A stretch of 64,000 nucleotides of DNA. It comes from the human T2T-CHM13v2.0 reference genome, Homo sapiens. Of this stretch, positions 12,789-26,578 are shown piece after piece. The position numbers and the translations under genes are program-made. The stretch lies in NCBI RefSeq assembly GCF_009914755.1, contig NC_060947.1. One strand, given 5' to 3'. The notes under the pieces were generated by a model. The model was not told where the DNA came from. It ran no database searches and was given only the letters and a program-made list of their open reading frames with translations. How positions within the stretch are numbered: the stretch's first letter is position 1; the number at the start of each line of letters is the position of its first letter.

Positions 12789-13309
12789 CTAATCTTTTTC
12801 TCCAGTTAATGCAATGAAACAACAGAAAAGTCCATGCAGGAATACTTGTGGATGTTGAAATATATAGAATATATTTTTCAGGCTCTTTGATTTTTCTGAA
12901 CCTGAGTAGAAGTCTGATTTTAGATGTCTCAAAAGGCTGCTACCTCATTCTCAAAACTGGAGACAAATTATTGTGACCAAAAACATCTGTATTTTTTTTT
13001 TTTTTGTCAAATGACCCATCATCCATGAAATCTGGAACAATTGCTTGCTATTTATAAAAAAAACATTCCATGCACATTTCTAGTTTAAAATCTCCCAAGC
13101 CTCCGTTGCTTTCTTGTAATGTCAGCTGTCTAGTACGTTTTGCCCCATCACTGTCATCTTTGTTATTGTCATCATCACTGCCACCACTGTATTTATGCTA
13201 TTATTTCTTTAGAGTAAGAAGAGGGAACAAGGAGTATTTCAGGGCTTACTTGAAAATGACCATTATCCTTGCAGATCTTTCCTCTCTCAGCCAAGAAGGA
13301 CCTTAGTAT

Positions 13310-14108
13310 GAGCATCTTTGTTATGAGTGTTTGTTTTTACATTCCCAGTAGCTTTTTTTTTTTGCCTTTTGGTAACAGCCTCCTCAATTTCCTTTTGGGG
13401 AACATCCCCTTTCATTGTAAGTCCATGTGGGTCAGATGGGCTAATACACTTCCTCCTCCTGACTCCAGTGGGCTGGTACGTGATACAACTCTGGCCAACG
13501 AGATCTCACAGTGAATGTTCAGGGATGGAAAATGACCAAAACTGAACCAACTCTCGGAATTTTGCTGGGACTATTGGTAACAGTATGTTTTATTTCCATT
13601 GGAATTAATGGATGTTCAAATTAAGATAGTAACAGCAAGTACTTGTTGAATATTTATTATTGTTCTAAATCCTTTATGTATATTAACTTGTTTCATCATC
13701 ACAAAAACTTGGTGAGGTAGATAGTAGTATTATCCAGATTTTATAGAGGATACAGATTCAAGTAACATTCAAAGTCATACAGAGTAAGTGGCAGAACCAG
13801 GATTCAAACTCCAGCAGTGGGACTCCAGAGCTTGTGCTCTTTACCACAATGGTATATTGTAGATGAATGTGTGATAAAAGCCTGAAGTTGCTGAGGGTGG
13901 AGCTGGAGATGACTGAGGGTGAACGTGAATTATGAAGAGAGAGGCCAGGTTCTAAAGATGTAATTGAACTTCTGAATCCAAACTTCCTTGGTCTATTTAG
14001 GTATCTGAATTAATACAGTTTTTTGTTTGTTTGTTTGTTTGTTTTTTGTTTGCTTAGGCCAGTTAGAATTGAGTTTCTGTCACTGGCGACCAAAATAATT
14101 TTGACTAG
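13310..14108 (+). mobile_element. Old ERVL solo LTR (LTR33/LTR16-like), interrupted by a MIR
   Basis: ttccttttggggaacatcccc, cagggatggaaaatgacc, and 3' end ttgcttaggccagttagaattgagtttctgtcactggcgaccaaaa. Confidence 0.7.
13625..13858 (-). mobile_element. MIR SINE
   Basis: agtaagtggcagaaccaggattcaaactccagcagtgggactccagagcttgtgctctttaccac. Confidence 0.88.
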
Positions 14109-14871
14109 CCTCCCTTCCCTTCTTCCCTGTTATCTTATTCACAGCCTCAGATTTCCGTGAGTTGGAGGAAGGAAGGAAGAGTCCTGGATAGCATCAGGCT
14201 CTTACTGGCCTCCTCATCTCTCACATCTAGAGCCACATGACCTCTGCCTATAGGTCGAAGACCACACTGGCCTTTGGAACTATCACTGACTAGAGACAAG
14301 GGAAGTGAAAGCATGGCTCATAAGATTACTCATCAAGTGTCATTTGCTGGGAACCTTACTTAAATCTTGAATCACAATACTATTCACTGGCTTCCAATTT
14401 GTTATCCAGACACTGCCCCTACCTTAAATCTTGGTTTTAGTCAGTCATTCACTTCCTGTATTACTTTTTTTCCCCATTGCCTTGGAAATCTGCCTAAAAT
14501 TCCCTGCTCTCACGAACAAGGGTCAAGGCTTGTTCTTGTCATTTACTCTTAGCTACTGGAGTCCATCTTGAAGCCCCAAGTTGATAGCTGGGGTTCTGCT
14601 ACCTGCTGAGAGATGTCCCAAATGCCAAATATCTGCTGAATTTCCTTGTATCTCACATATCTGTCTTCCGTATGGGTCTTGCTATCAATCTGTCTTTGGT
14701 CTCTTGAATATAGGACAAGCTCTGTAAAAGATAGCTTATTGTAATGGACACTTATTGTTTACCTTTTAAACACCCATTGTGAAACAATTAACAACCCCTT
14801 TCCCAACAATTCCAGATTTCTATTTTTTTTAGACCCACCATTTTCCTTGCATATATTTATAGGGTACAATG

Positions 14872-17800
14872 TGATTTTTTAAAACTTTTATTATAAGTTC
14901 AGGGGTACATGTGCAGGTTTGTTACACAGGTAAACTTTGGTGATGGGGGCTTGTTGTACAGGTTATTTAATCACTGAAGTATTAAGCCTAGTACCCATTA
15001 GTTATCTTTCGTGATCCTCTACCTCCTCCCACCCTCCACTCTCTAATAGGCACTAGTGTGTGTTGTTCCCCTCTATGCATCCGTGTGTTCTCATTATTTA
15101 GCTTCCACTTATATGTGAGAACATTTGGTATTTGGTTTTCTGTTTCTGTGTTAGGTTGCTAAGAATAATGGCCTCTAGCTGCAACTATGTCCTTGCAAAG
15201 AACATGATCTCATTCTTTTATATGACTGCATAGTATTCCATGGTGTATATGCACCACATTTTCTTTATCCAGTCTAATATTGATAGGTATTTGTGTGGAT
15301 TCCATGCCTTTGCTATTGTAAATACTGTTGCAATGAACATACGCCTGAATGTGTCTTTATAATAGAATGATTTATATTTCTTTAGGTATATACCCAGTAG
15401 TGAGATTGCTGGCTCAAATGGTATTTCTGTCTTTAGGTCTTTGAGGAATCACCACACTGTCTCCCACAATGGCTGAACTGGTTTACACTAACAGCAACAG
15501 TGGATAAGCATTCCTTTTTCTTCAAAACATTGACAGCATCTGTATTTTTTTTGGCTTTTAATAATAGCCATTCTGACTGGTGTGAGATAGTATCTCATTG
15601 TGGTTTTGAGCAGCATTTCTCTAATGATCAGTGACGTTGAGCTTTTTTTTTCATACGCTTTTTGGCCTTCTGTATGTCTTCTTTTGAAAAGTGTCTCTTC
15701 ATGTCCATTGCCCACTTTTCAATGGAGTTTTTTGTTTTTTTTTTTTGTTCCTGTAAATTTATTTAAGATCCTTATAAATGCTGAATATTAGATCTTTGTT
15801 GGATGTGTAGTTTGCAAATATTTGTTCACTTTCTGTAGGTTGTCTGTTTACTCTGTTGATAGTTTCTTTTGTTGTGCAGAAGCTAATTTGTTTAATTAAA
15901 TTCCATTTCTCAATTTTTCCTTTTGTTTTAATTGCTTTTTGTGTCTTTGTTATGAAATCTTTGCCTGTGCCTATGTCCAGGATTGTATTACCTAGGTTGT
16001 CTTAAAGGCTTTTTTTTTAGTTTTGGGTCTTACACTTAAGTCTTTAATCCATCTTGAGTTATTTTTTGTATATGGTGTAAGGAAGGGGTCCAGTTTCAAT
16101 CTTCTGCATATTGCTAGCCAGTTATCCTAGCACCATTTATTAATATGAAATTATTTTCCCATTCCCTGTTTTTGTCAGGTTTTTTGAAGATCAGGTAGTT
16201 GTAGTTGTGCTATCTTATTTCTGGTTCTCTATTCTGTTCCATTGGTCTACATGCCTGTTTTAGTCCCAGTACCATGCTGCTTTGGTTATACTACCCTGTA
16301 GTATAGTTTGAAGTCAGGTGGCATGATGCCTCCAGCTTTGTTCTTTTTGCTTAGGATTGTCTTGGCTATTTGGGATCTTTTTCGACTCCATATACATTTT
16401 AAGATTTTTTTCTAGTTCTGTGAAGAATTGCAATGATAGTTTATTAGAAATAAAGCATTGAATGTGTAAATTACTTTGGGCAGTATGGCCTTTTTAACAA
16501 TATGATTTATTTCTACCTATGAGCTTGGAATTTTTTTTTCATTTGTTTGTGTCAACTTTGATTTCTTTGAGTATTGATTTTTACTTCCCCTTGTAGGGAT
16601 CTTTCACTTCTCTAGTTAGCTGAATTTCTAGGTATTTGATTCTTTTTGTGGCAATTGTGAATGGAAGTTCATTCCTGATTTGGCTCTTGACTTGATTGTT
16701 GATGGTGTGTAGGAATGCTAGTAATTTTTGCACATTGATTTTGTATCCTGAGACTTTGCTATACTTGTTTATCAGCTTAAGAAGCTTTTGGGCTGAGACT
16801 ATAAAGTTTTCTCGGTATAGGATTTTGTCATCTGCAAACAGGGATAGTTTGACTTTCTCTCTTCCAATTTGGATGCCCTTTATTTTTTTTTCTTTTGCAT
16901 GATTGCTGTAACCAGGACTTCCAATACTGTGTTGAATGTAAGCAGTGAGACAGGGCATCCTTGTCATGTGTTGATTTTCAAGGGGAATGCTTTCAGCTTT
17001 TGCTCATTCTTTGGGTTTGTCACATATGGCTCTTATTATTTTGAAAATAGTTTTTTTTTTCTTTTAATATGAATGGATGTTTAATTTTATTGGAAGAATT
17101 TTCTGCATCTATTGAGATAGTCACGTGTTTTTTGTCTTTAGTTGTGTTTATGTGATGAATCATATTTCTTGATTTGTGTATGTTAAACCAAACTTGCATC
17201 CTGGGGATGAAGCCTACTTGGTCATGGTGGATAGACTTTTTGGTGTGGTGCTAGATTCAGTTTGCTAGTATTTGTTGAGAATTTTTACATCAATGTTCAT
17301 CAAAGATACTGGCCTGAAGTTTTCTTTTTTTATTGTATCTCTGTCAGGTTTTGGTATCAGGATGGTGCTGGCCTCAGAGAATGAGTTAGGGAGAAGTCCA
17401 TCTTCCTCATTTTTTTGGAGTAATTTCAGTAGGAATTGCACCGCTCTTTTTTTGTAAATCTGGTACAATTCAGCTGTGAGTCTGTCTGGTCCTGGGCTTG
17501 TTTGTTTGTTTGTTTGTAAGCTATGTGTTACTGCCTTAATTTCAGAGCTCATTATTGTTCTGTTCAGGTATTTAATTTCTTTCTGGTTCAGTCTTGAGAG
17601 GGTGTATGTGTCCAGAAATTTATCATTTTTTTCCAGATTTTCTAATTTGTGTGCATGGAGGTGTTCATAATATTCTCCAATGGTTGTTTGTATTTCTAAG
17701 GGCTCTGTGGTAATATCTTCCTTGTCATTTCTGATTATGTTCATTGAAATCTTCTCTATTTTTTTATTTTTCTAGCTAGCAGTCTCTTTGTTTTATTACT

Positions 17801-20800
17801 ATTATTTTTTTAAAAACAGCTCCTGGATTCATTAATTTTTTGAATCTTTTTTTTGTGTCTCAGGCTCCTTCAGTTCAGCTCTGATTTTGTTTTTTTCTTG
17901 TCTTCTGCTAGATTTGGGGTTAGTTTGCTCTTGGTTCCCTAGTTCTTTCAGTTGTGATGTTAGATTGTTAACTTGAGCTCTTTCTAGCTTTTTGATGTGA
18001 GCATGTAGCGCTATGAATTTCTCTCTTAACACTGCCTTAGCTGTGTCTAAGAGATTCTGGTATGTTTTATCTTTGTTCTCTTTAGTTTCAAAGAACTTCT
18101 TGATTTCTGTCAATTTCATGATCTACCCAAAAGTCATTCAGGAGCAGGATATTACACTTCTATTTAATTGTATGGTTTTGGGTAAATTTTTAAGTCTTTC
18201 ATTGTAATTTGATTGTGCTCTGGTCTGAGAGACTGTTACAATTTCAGTTCCTTTGAATTTGCTAAGTGGTGTTTTACTTCCAATTATGTGATTGATTTTA
18301 GAGTATCTGCCATGTGACAATGAGAAGAACGTATATTCTGTTGTTTTGGGTGAAGAGTACTGTAGATATTTATCAGGGTAATTTGATCCAGTGCTGACTT
18401 CAGGTCCTGAATATCTTTGTTAATTTTATGTCTCAATGATCTGTCTTATGTTGTCATTGGGATGTTAACAACTCTCACCATTATTGTGTGGGAGTCTAAG
18501 TCTCTTTGAAGGCTTCTAAAAACTTACTTTATAAATCTGGGTGCTCCGTTGATGGGTGCATGTACATTTAGAATAGTTAGGTCTTGTTGAATTGAACCCT
18601 TTACCATTATGTAGTGCTCGTCTTTGTTTTTTTTGTTCTTTGTTGGATTAAAGTTTTTTTTTTGTTTGTTTTTCAGAGACTAGGATTGCAATCTCTGCTT
18701 TTTTTCTGCTTTCCATTTGCATGGTAGATTTTTCTCTATCCCTTTATTTTGCATGAGAGATGGGTCTCTTGAAGACAGCATACCAATGGGTCTTGGTTCT
18801 CTATTCAGCTTGCCACTCTGTGTCTTTTAATTGGGGCATTTAGCTCACTTAAATTTAAGGCTATTATTTATATGTGTAGATTTGTTCCTGTCATCATGAT
18901 TTTAGCTGGTTATTTTGCAAACTTGTTTATGTGGTTACTTTATAGTGTCACTTGTCTGTTTACTTTGGTGTGTTTTTTTAGTGGCTGGTAATGGTTTTTT
19001 ATTTTCATATTGAGTGCTTACTTCAGGAGCTCCTGTAAGGCAGGTCTGGCGTTAAGGAATTCCCTCAGCATTTGTTTGTCTGAAAATAATCTTTTATTCC
19101 CCCTTCACTTTTGAAGCTTAGTTTCCTCAGTTATGAAATTCTGGGTTGGATTTTTTTTCTTTAAAAATGTCTAATATTTGCCACCAATCTCTTCTGGCTT
19201 GCAGAATTTCCACTGAGACATATGCTGTTAGTCTAATTTGTCTTTTAGATGATCTGACCTTTCTCTCTAGTTGCCTTTAACATTTTTTGTTCCATTTCAA
19301 CCATGGAGAATCTGCTAATTATGTGTCCTGGGGATGATCTTCTTATGAAGTGTCTTACTGGGGTTCTCTGCATTTCCTGAATTTGAATGTTGGCCTCTGT
19401 AGCTAGGTTGGATAAATTATCATGAATAATATCTTGAAATGCTTTTCAAGTTGGTTCCAATCTTTTCATCTCTTTCAGGTACACCAATCTGTCATGGATT
19501 CCATCTCTTTACATAATCCCATATTTTGTGGAGCTTTTGTTTATTTATTTGTATTTTTTTCTCTATTCTTATCTGTCTGTTTTATTTTGGAAAGGCAGTC
19601 TTCAAGCACTTAGATTCTTTCCTCTGCTTGTCCTACTCTACCATTAATAGTTATGATTGCTTTATGAAATATTTGTAGTGTGTTTTTTAGCTCTGTCAGG
19701 TCAGTTACATTCTTCTCTGTACTGGCTATTTTGTCTATTAACTCCTGCAGTGTTTAATCATGATTTTTAGCTTCCTTGCATTAGGTTATAACATACTCCT
19801 CTAGCTCAATGAATTTCATACCTATCCTTCTTCTGATTTCTACTTCTGTCATTTCAGCCATCTCAGCATCAGCCTGATTCCAAACCCTTGCTAGAGAGGT
19901 GATGTGGTCACTTGGAGGAAAGAAGCCACTCTGGCTTTTTGTGGTTTCAGTGTTCTCGTGCTGATTCTTCCTCATTTTTGTGGGCTTATCTAACTTTAAT
20001 ATTTGAGGTTACTGAGCTTTTGATGTTTCTTTTTCTTTTATCTTATTCAACGACCTTCAGGGTTTGATTGTGGAGTTAGGTGGATTCAGCCAACAGTCTT
20101 CATTTCTGGGAGATTTTTAGGGGACCAATGCTCAGCTCCCAATTCCATGATTGCATGCTCTAACTCTGGGGGTCTTTTATTGGGCCCTGACTTTGTTCTC
20201 TAGCTCCTTGAGGTTTAAAATTTACTGTGTTGTGAAGACTGAGATGTGGCAGCTGCTGCAGAGTGCTAGCAAATGCAAGGATGCCTGTTTCCCTGTGGAT
20301 GTTCACCACAGCGGCAGAGGCAAGGCAGCTTGGGTGGGGGGGGTGCAGGGGGTCCCCGTTGGACACTGTGTGCACTGTTGCACTTGAGGTGGTGTTGGCT
20401 TAGGACAGTGTGCTGGCCAGCACAGATCTGGGTACCTTCTCTGTGTCCTGTAAGCAGGAGTGATTGGTCATTTTCTGAGACCCTGGGAGAGGCCAGCAAA
20501 TGAAGGAGTGCTCAGGTAAAACCAGCCTTGTCTGATGTGCAAGAACACCCTGAGATATCAGGTCACCCTGAGAGATCAGGTCCAACAGGTCTGCTAGGGC
20601 TAATGTCTCTTATGGTAGCAAGTAGAGCCTAATGGGATAGCTGTCCCTGGCTGTGGTCCACTACAGACACTCCAGCACCAAACCCTCTGGGATCCATATC
20701 TGCTGGCTTGCTGTGCCACCATGTTGCTTGTCTCCTGGGTGTTCTACCCTGGAGAGATGCAGGCCATCAATTGCTCATGGCAATCAGCCCAGGATGGAGA

Positions 20801-22962
20801 CTCTGTACTGTGGGCCCAAGCCAGGGGTTCTTTTTCTGGTTATGAGCACTGGAGTGTGTATGGGACCCATAGGAGATGGACTGTCCTCCTCTCCTTGGGC
20901 CGATTGCAGCTTATTAGAGATGTGGATAAGGCATTTAAGTTCTTGGCACCTTCGTTAGTCTGAGGGAAGCAAGGAGAATTCCACTGCAGAGGCAGTAGCA
21001 GAGAGGCTTTCAGTTACTCCTGGATGCTCTGTCCAGAGAGTTGCAGAGCTGCTACTACTGGTTCAATAGCTCTAGTGGGGGCCGGGTAGAGGCCCAGGCC
21101 TGGAAAGTCTGCCCAGTGAGAAGATATGGGAACGTACATCCACATAACAGTCTGGCCACTTTCCGATAATGCTGCTGCAGTATGCTGGAGGTTCCTAGTC
21201 ATCTTGGATTTTCCAGTACCTGGAGGTATCATCAGTGAAGAGTGTGAAACAGCAATGATGGCAGCCTACTCCTCCCCCTGGGAGCTCCATCCCAGGAAAG
21301 TATGGACCTGTTGCTGGCTCAAATGCACCTGTAGGAGGTGGCTCCTGGTTGGAAGGTCTCACCCAGTGAGGAGAAATGGGGTTTGGGTCCTGCTTTAAAA
21401 AGCAGACTGGCCACATTTTCATAGAGCAGCTGTGCTGTGCTGAAGGTATGCTTCATCTCCTTGTCGCCTCAGACAAGCCAAATCCCAAAGGCTGGAATGG
21501 CTAGGTCATACAAACAGCAAAAATAGTGGCTTGCCCCTCTCTCTGGGAGCTCTGTCCGAGAGAGGTCTGAAACCTCTGTCAGCTGGAGAACACTGGTTGG
21601 GGTAGCTGGAGTTTCTGGTTGGGAGGCTGCACAAGTGATGAGGAATGGGATTGAAGACCCACTTAAAAAAGCATTCTGGCCATGTTTTTGTAGGACAGCT
21701 GTGCAGCTGTGCTGTGCTGGAGTACTCTTCCTGGCCCCAGTCAGCGTGAACTCTCCAAAGCCCAAAGGCTGGAATGGCTAAATTGTCCAAACAGCAAAGA
21801 TGACAGCTTTCCCCTCCCTCTGGGAGCTCTGATCCAGGGAGGTTTCAGAGCTATGTGGGCTGGAGAACACTGACAGGGGTGGCTGGAGACACCAGTTTGG
21901 AGGTCTTGCCCAGTAAAGATGAAAAGAATTGGAGACTTGCTTTAAGAAGCAGTCTGACCAAGTTTTCACAGAGCAGCTGTGTTGTTCATGGGGGCAACCT
22001 CCACCCTTGTTTGGCTTGGACTCTCCAAAGCCTGAAAGCTGGAATGGCTAAGTCACCCAAACAGCAAAGATGGTGGCTTACCCCTCTCTCTGAGAGCTTC
22101 ATCTCAGGGAGGTTTCAAAACTCTGTTTGCCAGAGAACACTGGCAGATGTGGCTGGAGACCCTAGTTGGGAGGTCCCACCCAGTGAGAAGAAACGGGATC
22201 ACGAACCCACTTTAAAAAGCATTCTGGCCACATTTTTGTAAAGCAGCTGTGCTGGGATTTCTTCTGCCTTCGATTGGCTTGGACTCTCCAAAACTAAAAG
22301 GCTGGAACAGCTAAGTTGCCCAGACAGGAAAAATAGCAAACCAAACCTCCCCTTGGGAGGCCCATCTCAGAGAGGTGTAACGCTACTACTGGTGTCCAGC
22401 TGTAATTCCAAGCCAGTGGGTCTTGTCCTGAGAGGCGCCATGGAAGTGAAGCCTGAAGACTCTTGCTGCTCAGCCCCCCTGGATTTAGTCTCTTTCCTAG
22501 GAGTATGTATGAGAGTCTAACCTCCTGCTTTAATGGAGTTGAAGCTGCTTTAGCCAGAAAGCCCAGAAAGTCTGAGTATTTAAGGTTCCTGGGTCTCTGT
22601 GTGTGCCTGAGCAGCTGCTCTGCCAAGGCTCCACATAGCTCTGTGTGTCAGACTGAAGGCCTTGGGTTCATGAGGTGATCTCCTGACCCAAGGGTTACAA
22701 AAATCCATGGGAGAAGCATGGATTTCCAGGTTCCCACATCCATTCACCACTTCCCTGGGCAGGGGAAGTTCTCTTGGCTCTGTGTCACTCCTAAATGGGC
22801 CATCATCCTGCCTTGCTTTTCTCCATTCTGTGTGGGTTAAGTTGTTTTCTTGATTGTTCCTAGTGGGAGTACCTGGATGGGATGTTTGATTGATGGTACT
22901 GTGTTTACTTGCCCCTTTCGGTGTTTTACCTGCTTTTAATCGACCATCTTGGTCACCTCCCC
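14872..22962 (-). mobile_element. Full-length old primate LINE-1 (L1PA13/L1PA14/L1PREC2-like), about 8.1 kb with a 3 kb 5'UTR
   Basis: 5' end ggggaggtgaccaagatgg (YY1-like motif). ORF1 start MRKNQHENTETTKSQ at 19975. ORF2 fragments include KLSLFADD (16581-16967). 3'UTR ttcaggggtacatgtgcaggtttgttacacaggtaaac. All ORFs are broken. Confidence 0.92.
21240..22380 (-). repeat. Tandem array of about five 270-bp units in the L1 5'UTR
   Basis: aaacagcaa(a/t)gatgg...cccc...ctgggagctc recurs near 21247, 21512, 21789, 22058 and 22322, and ggctggaatggcta recurs in step. Confidence 0.85.
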
Positions 22963-23623
22963 TTCCTGATTTCTTTTGGGGATCTATGTGATGTGGATTC
23001 AAGGAGGTTAGCTTATCCATAACTCTAGGGGGTTGAGCAATCAATAAATTGTATCCCCCATACACAGAGATTAATGTGTGGTTATGTGATTCAAGCTGGT
23101 CAAATCAGAATGAATCTCAGGAATATAAAGGGAGCACTGAAATGACGATGCTTTCTTTTTTTTGTAGAAAATTTTGTAAAAATTGAATCAGGTAGCCCTT
23201 GTAGATATTGTCAGCCATCTTGGGATTCAACCTTAGTTTGAAGCCAGCATCATGGCAAGTAGGGTGGAGAGAAGAAAAGAAACCAAGTGCTTTTAGACAA
23301 TGTTGAGCTACCAGATAAAGCCTCACCTGAATCTAACACTATCCCTGGACTTCTCAGTTATGTGAAATCATTTTATTTCTTAAATTGGTTTGGACAGGAT
23401 CTCATTTTATATGCAACCAGAAGAATCCTAGTTGATATACCCATTGTTTTTGTGGTCCCAAGTATTTCTGGCCAGCTGCTAACCAGTCTACTCACAATAG
23501 CTTTGAGATATAAGAAGCTAACATATGCTTTATGAAAGGCATAAATGAGTAGGGACAGTGTATGGAAACAATGTAAGGACAAGATACTTGAGTTAGAGGA
23601 AGGCTATTTTTTAAAGTCTAGAG

Positions 23624-24141
23624 ATGTACTGTCTAATACAATAGCTGTTAGCTACATGTGGCAATTCAAATTTAAATAAATTAGAAATTGTGTTTCTCTA
23701 TTTCACTAGCCACATTTCTGGCTTTTGTTGTTGTTGTTGTTGCTGTTTTGAGACAAGGTCTTACTCTGTCACCCAGGCTGGAGTGCAGTAGAGCAACTAC
23801 CAATCTCTGCAGCCTTAACCTCTTGGGCTCAAGTAATCCTCCCTCATCAGCCTCCTGAGTAGTGGGAACTACAGGTGTACATTACCATGCCTGGCTAATT
23901 TTTAATTTTTTTTGTAGAGATGGGGTTCTCACTATGTTACTAAGGCTGGTCATGAACTCCTTGGCTTAAACAATCCTCTCACCTTGGCCTCTCAAAGTGC
24001 TGGGATTACAAGTGTGAGCCACTGTGCCAGGCTGATAGTCATATTTCTAGTCCTTAACAGCCACATGAGTGGCAACTGTATTGGATAATGCAAATTAACG
24101 AAAGTTTTCATCATCAGAGAAAGTTCAATTGGACAGTGCTG
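23624..24141 (-). mobile_element. MER3-like hAT-Charlie element, interrupted by an Alu
   Basis: Ends catcatcagagaaagttcaattggacagtgctg. 8-bp TSD gtctagag (23616-23623) / ctctagag (24142-24149). Confidence 0.85.
23721..24034 (-). mobile_element. AluJ with (TTG)n tail
   Basis: gagacaaggtcttactctgtcacccaggctggagtgcag...tgagccactgtgccaggc. TSD tagccacatttctg / tagtcatatttcta. Confidence 0.93.
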
Positions 24142-24161
24142 CTCTAGAGTAAGAAGCAAGA

Positions 24162-24346
24162 GCAATGATTCTCAACCATAAGTGTACATTGGAAACATCT
24201 GGGGAGCTTAAAAAACCAAAAATGCTAACACTCACACTCCAAAGAAGATCAAGTCAATCAGGGTTTCAGGGGCTGGGACACCGTATCAATTTTTTAAAAA
24301 GCTTCCCAGATGTTTCTAATGTGCATCCATGGCTGCAAAACATTAT
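24162..24346. mobile_element. MER5-family hAT-Charlie element
   Basis: caatgattctcaacc...catctggggagcttaaaaaa...aaaaagcttcccagatgtttctaatgtgcatcca. Confidence 0.8.
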
Positions 24347-24349
24347 GAG

Positions 24350-24503
24350 ACTTGCTTTTTAAAATGTGGGCAAAGAAAACCAGCAGCATTGATGTTAAGG
24401 CTATAAAATCTTAGACCCTGCTTCAGATCTACTGAACCAGAAACTGAATTTTAACAGAATTCCTAGGTGATTTATATGCACATTAAAAGTTGAGAAGCGC
24501 TTT
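24350..24503. mobile_element. Second MER5-family element
   Basis: cagatctactgaaccagaaactgaattttaacagaattcctaggtgatttatatgcacattaaaagttgagaagcgct. Confidence 0.8.
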
Positions 24504-24999
24504 TCTGTGAGAAATCAGGAAGGGTCAATAAAGAAACTGTATTAAAAGGTATGAGTCTTAGGGGATACCTAAGCCTAACTGGAAGGTGTTGCTTTTCTCT
24601 CTAAGCTTCCATTTAATCTAACTGTAAAATGAAAGGGTCAGACAACATATCTATGGTCCTCCAATTTGCTTGGCTTTGTGTTGTCAGGGACCTTAAAAGT
24701 CTGTGGCTCAAGGTTTCCAAGCCTAAACTAGACTTCAGACCGGTAAGTGCTCTACTATGAATCCTAGGAATGAGGAACAGAAATTTGAGGAGCAAAAGAT
24801 TTGAGATTGAACACGTTTTACCTTGAAAAGGGTGAGAGAGGGAACAAGCTTGAATAAGTAAAAATCTGCCTCAGTGAGTTAAGGACCAGTGGCTTGGAAA
24901 CAGTACTTGTGGCTAACTGCTCCCAACCTAAAGCTTGAATTCATCTATGGCATTTCATCTAACTGGCTGTTCTACCACTTCTTACAGATGTGCAGTGAT

Positions 25000-25400
25000 C
25001 AGATGTCCCCTAACTCATCAACAAGGTCACTCATTCCATTCATGGTCAGCCCTGCAAATTCTTCCTTGTGGTGAGAACTCAATATCCCTGTTTCTAACTA
25101 TGAGTCCTATAGCTCTGGCCCTTGAGTTATATAGACTGCACCCTCTGTCATGTGAGAGCACATCAATGGTTCAAAGACAGAGACCTTGTCCCCCTGAGTC
25201 TTTTCTTCTGCAGACCACATACTCCTGGTTTCTTCAATTAGCCTTCATGGAGCTTGGCTTAGAGCCCTCTCCCCAACCTGCTCACTCCCCTCTGGACATG
25301 CCTCACATTGTCTACCTCATTGAATTGCAAGACCTAAAACTGAACGAATTCTCCTGGAGATGTCATACCAGTACAGAATCAACTATTTAATGTAGACCTA
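25000..25400 (-). mobile_element. L3/CR1 LINE fragment
   Basis: caaagacagagaccttgtccccctgagtcttttcttctgcagac and aaaactgaacgaattctcctggagatgtcataccagtacaga resemble the antisense of the CR1 ORF2 3' region. Confidence 0.6.
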
Positions 25401-25454
25401 CAGCAGAGGAGGCACATGTATCAGCAGGCAATATTATTTCATGAGTAGAAGCTA

Positions 25455-25812
<358 letters not shown>

Positions 25813-26337
25813 AAGATCCCCATCCTTAAGCTGTGAGTCATCCAGCTATGTTAATGTCCTGGTGACTTCTTCCCCAAGTGTCAGAGCCAAAATTCATGCT
25901 TTCCTGCCCTAATGAAGATCAAGAATTCTATAAAACCAAATGATCTAAGTTCACTTAGGTGCATGTGTATTCCTTTGTAAAAACCTGTATAGATTTATAT
26001 TAAAACATTAATTCAATTAACACAATTACTTGGCAGCTCTTTTAAGGAGTATAGGGTCTGCTGGCAGTATTTCTGAAAGACAAAGTGCAGGAGGAAGAGT
26101 ATTAGTCTACTCAGCTTAGGAAGCAGCTGTAGTCACTGTCAACAACATTAAGTTCAATCAAATTGCTAGTTTTTTTTTTTTTCAGAACCTATGATTCCTT
26201 TCTGCAAAGGGAGTGTCATCTGAGAATGAGGATTTTTAATGTAAGTGGAAGTTACAATACGTGCTCTTCTAGCCTCTGGATCCAACTGCTATACACCTAG
26301 TGATCAAAGGAAATCCCCAAACCTTGAAAGACTGACC

Positions 26338-26578
26338 TGCATTTACTGAGCACCAACTATGTGCCAAATACAGTACTAAGCACTTTACATATACAAGCAC
26401 ACCTAATATTTACCATCTATGGAAGGTAGATATTATGATCCCCACTTTTCAGATGGTCTAAAGTTTAAGGTCTATAGATGCTGTGAGTCTTTCAAGGTTA
26501 CCTTCCCGGTGTGGTGGAGCTACAGCCCAAACTCAGGATTGCCTGTAAAGATCATGCTTTTTTCCTATTATGCCACAG
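26338..26578 (-). mobile_element. MIR SINE
   Basis: catttactgagcaccaactatgtgccaaatacagtactaagcactttacat...ccccacttttcagatg. Confidence 0.85.

Larger units (their letters stand above)
14740..23439 (+). mobile_element. Second LTR33-like solo LTR (about 14740-14848 and 22975-23439), split by the 8 kb L1
   Basis: Starts tgtaatggacac. Right part has atgtgattcaagctggtcaaatcagaatgaatctcagg and ends tgcaaccagaagaatcctagttgatata. Confidence 0.55.

Noticed and set aside
20546-20581. Short tandem duplications (18 bp here; about 25 bp at 27156-27212; 20 bp at 43612-43651)
   Set aside because: These are ordinary slippage-type duplications inside decayed L1s.
21240-22380. Regularly spaced repeats resembling a CRISPR array
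   Set aside because: The whole 270-bp units are homologous with no unique spacers, there are no cas genes, and the array lies within an L1 5'UTR.
24935-25390. 151-aa ORF in apparently unique DNA
   Set aside because: It overlaps the antisense strand of an L3/CR1 relic and has no recognisable domain.
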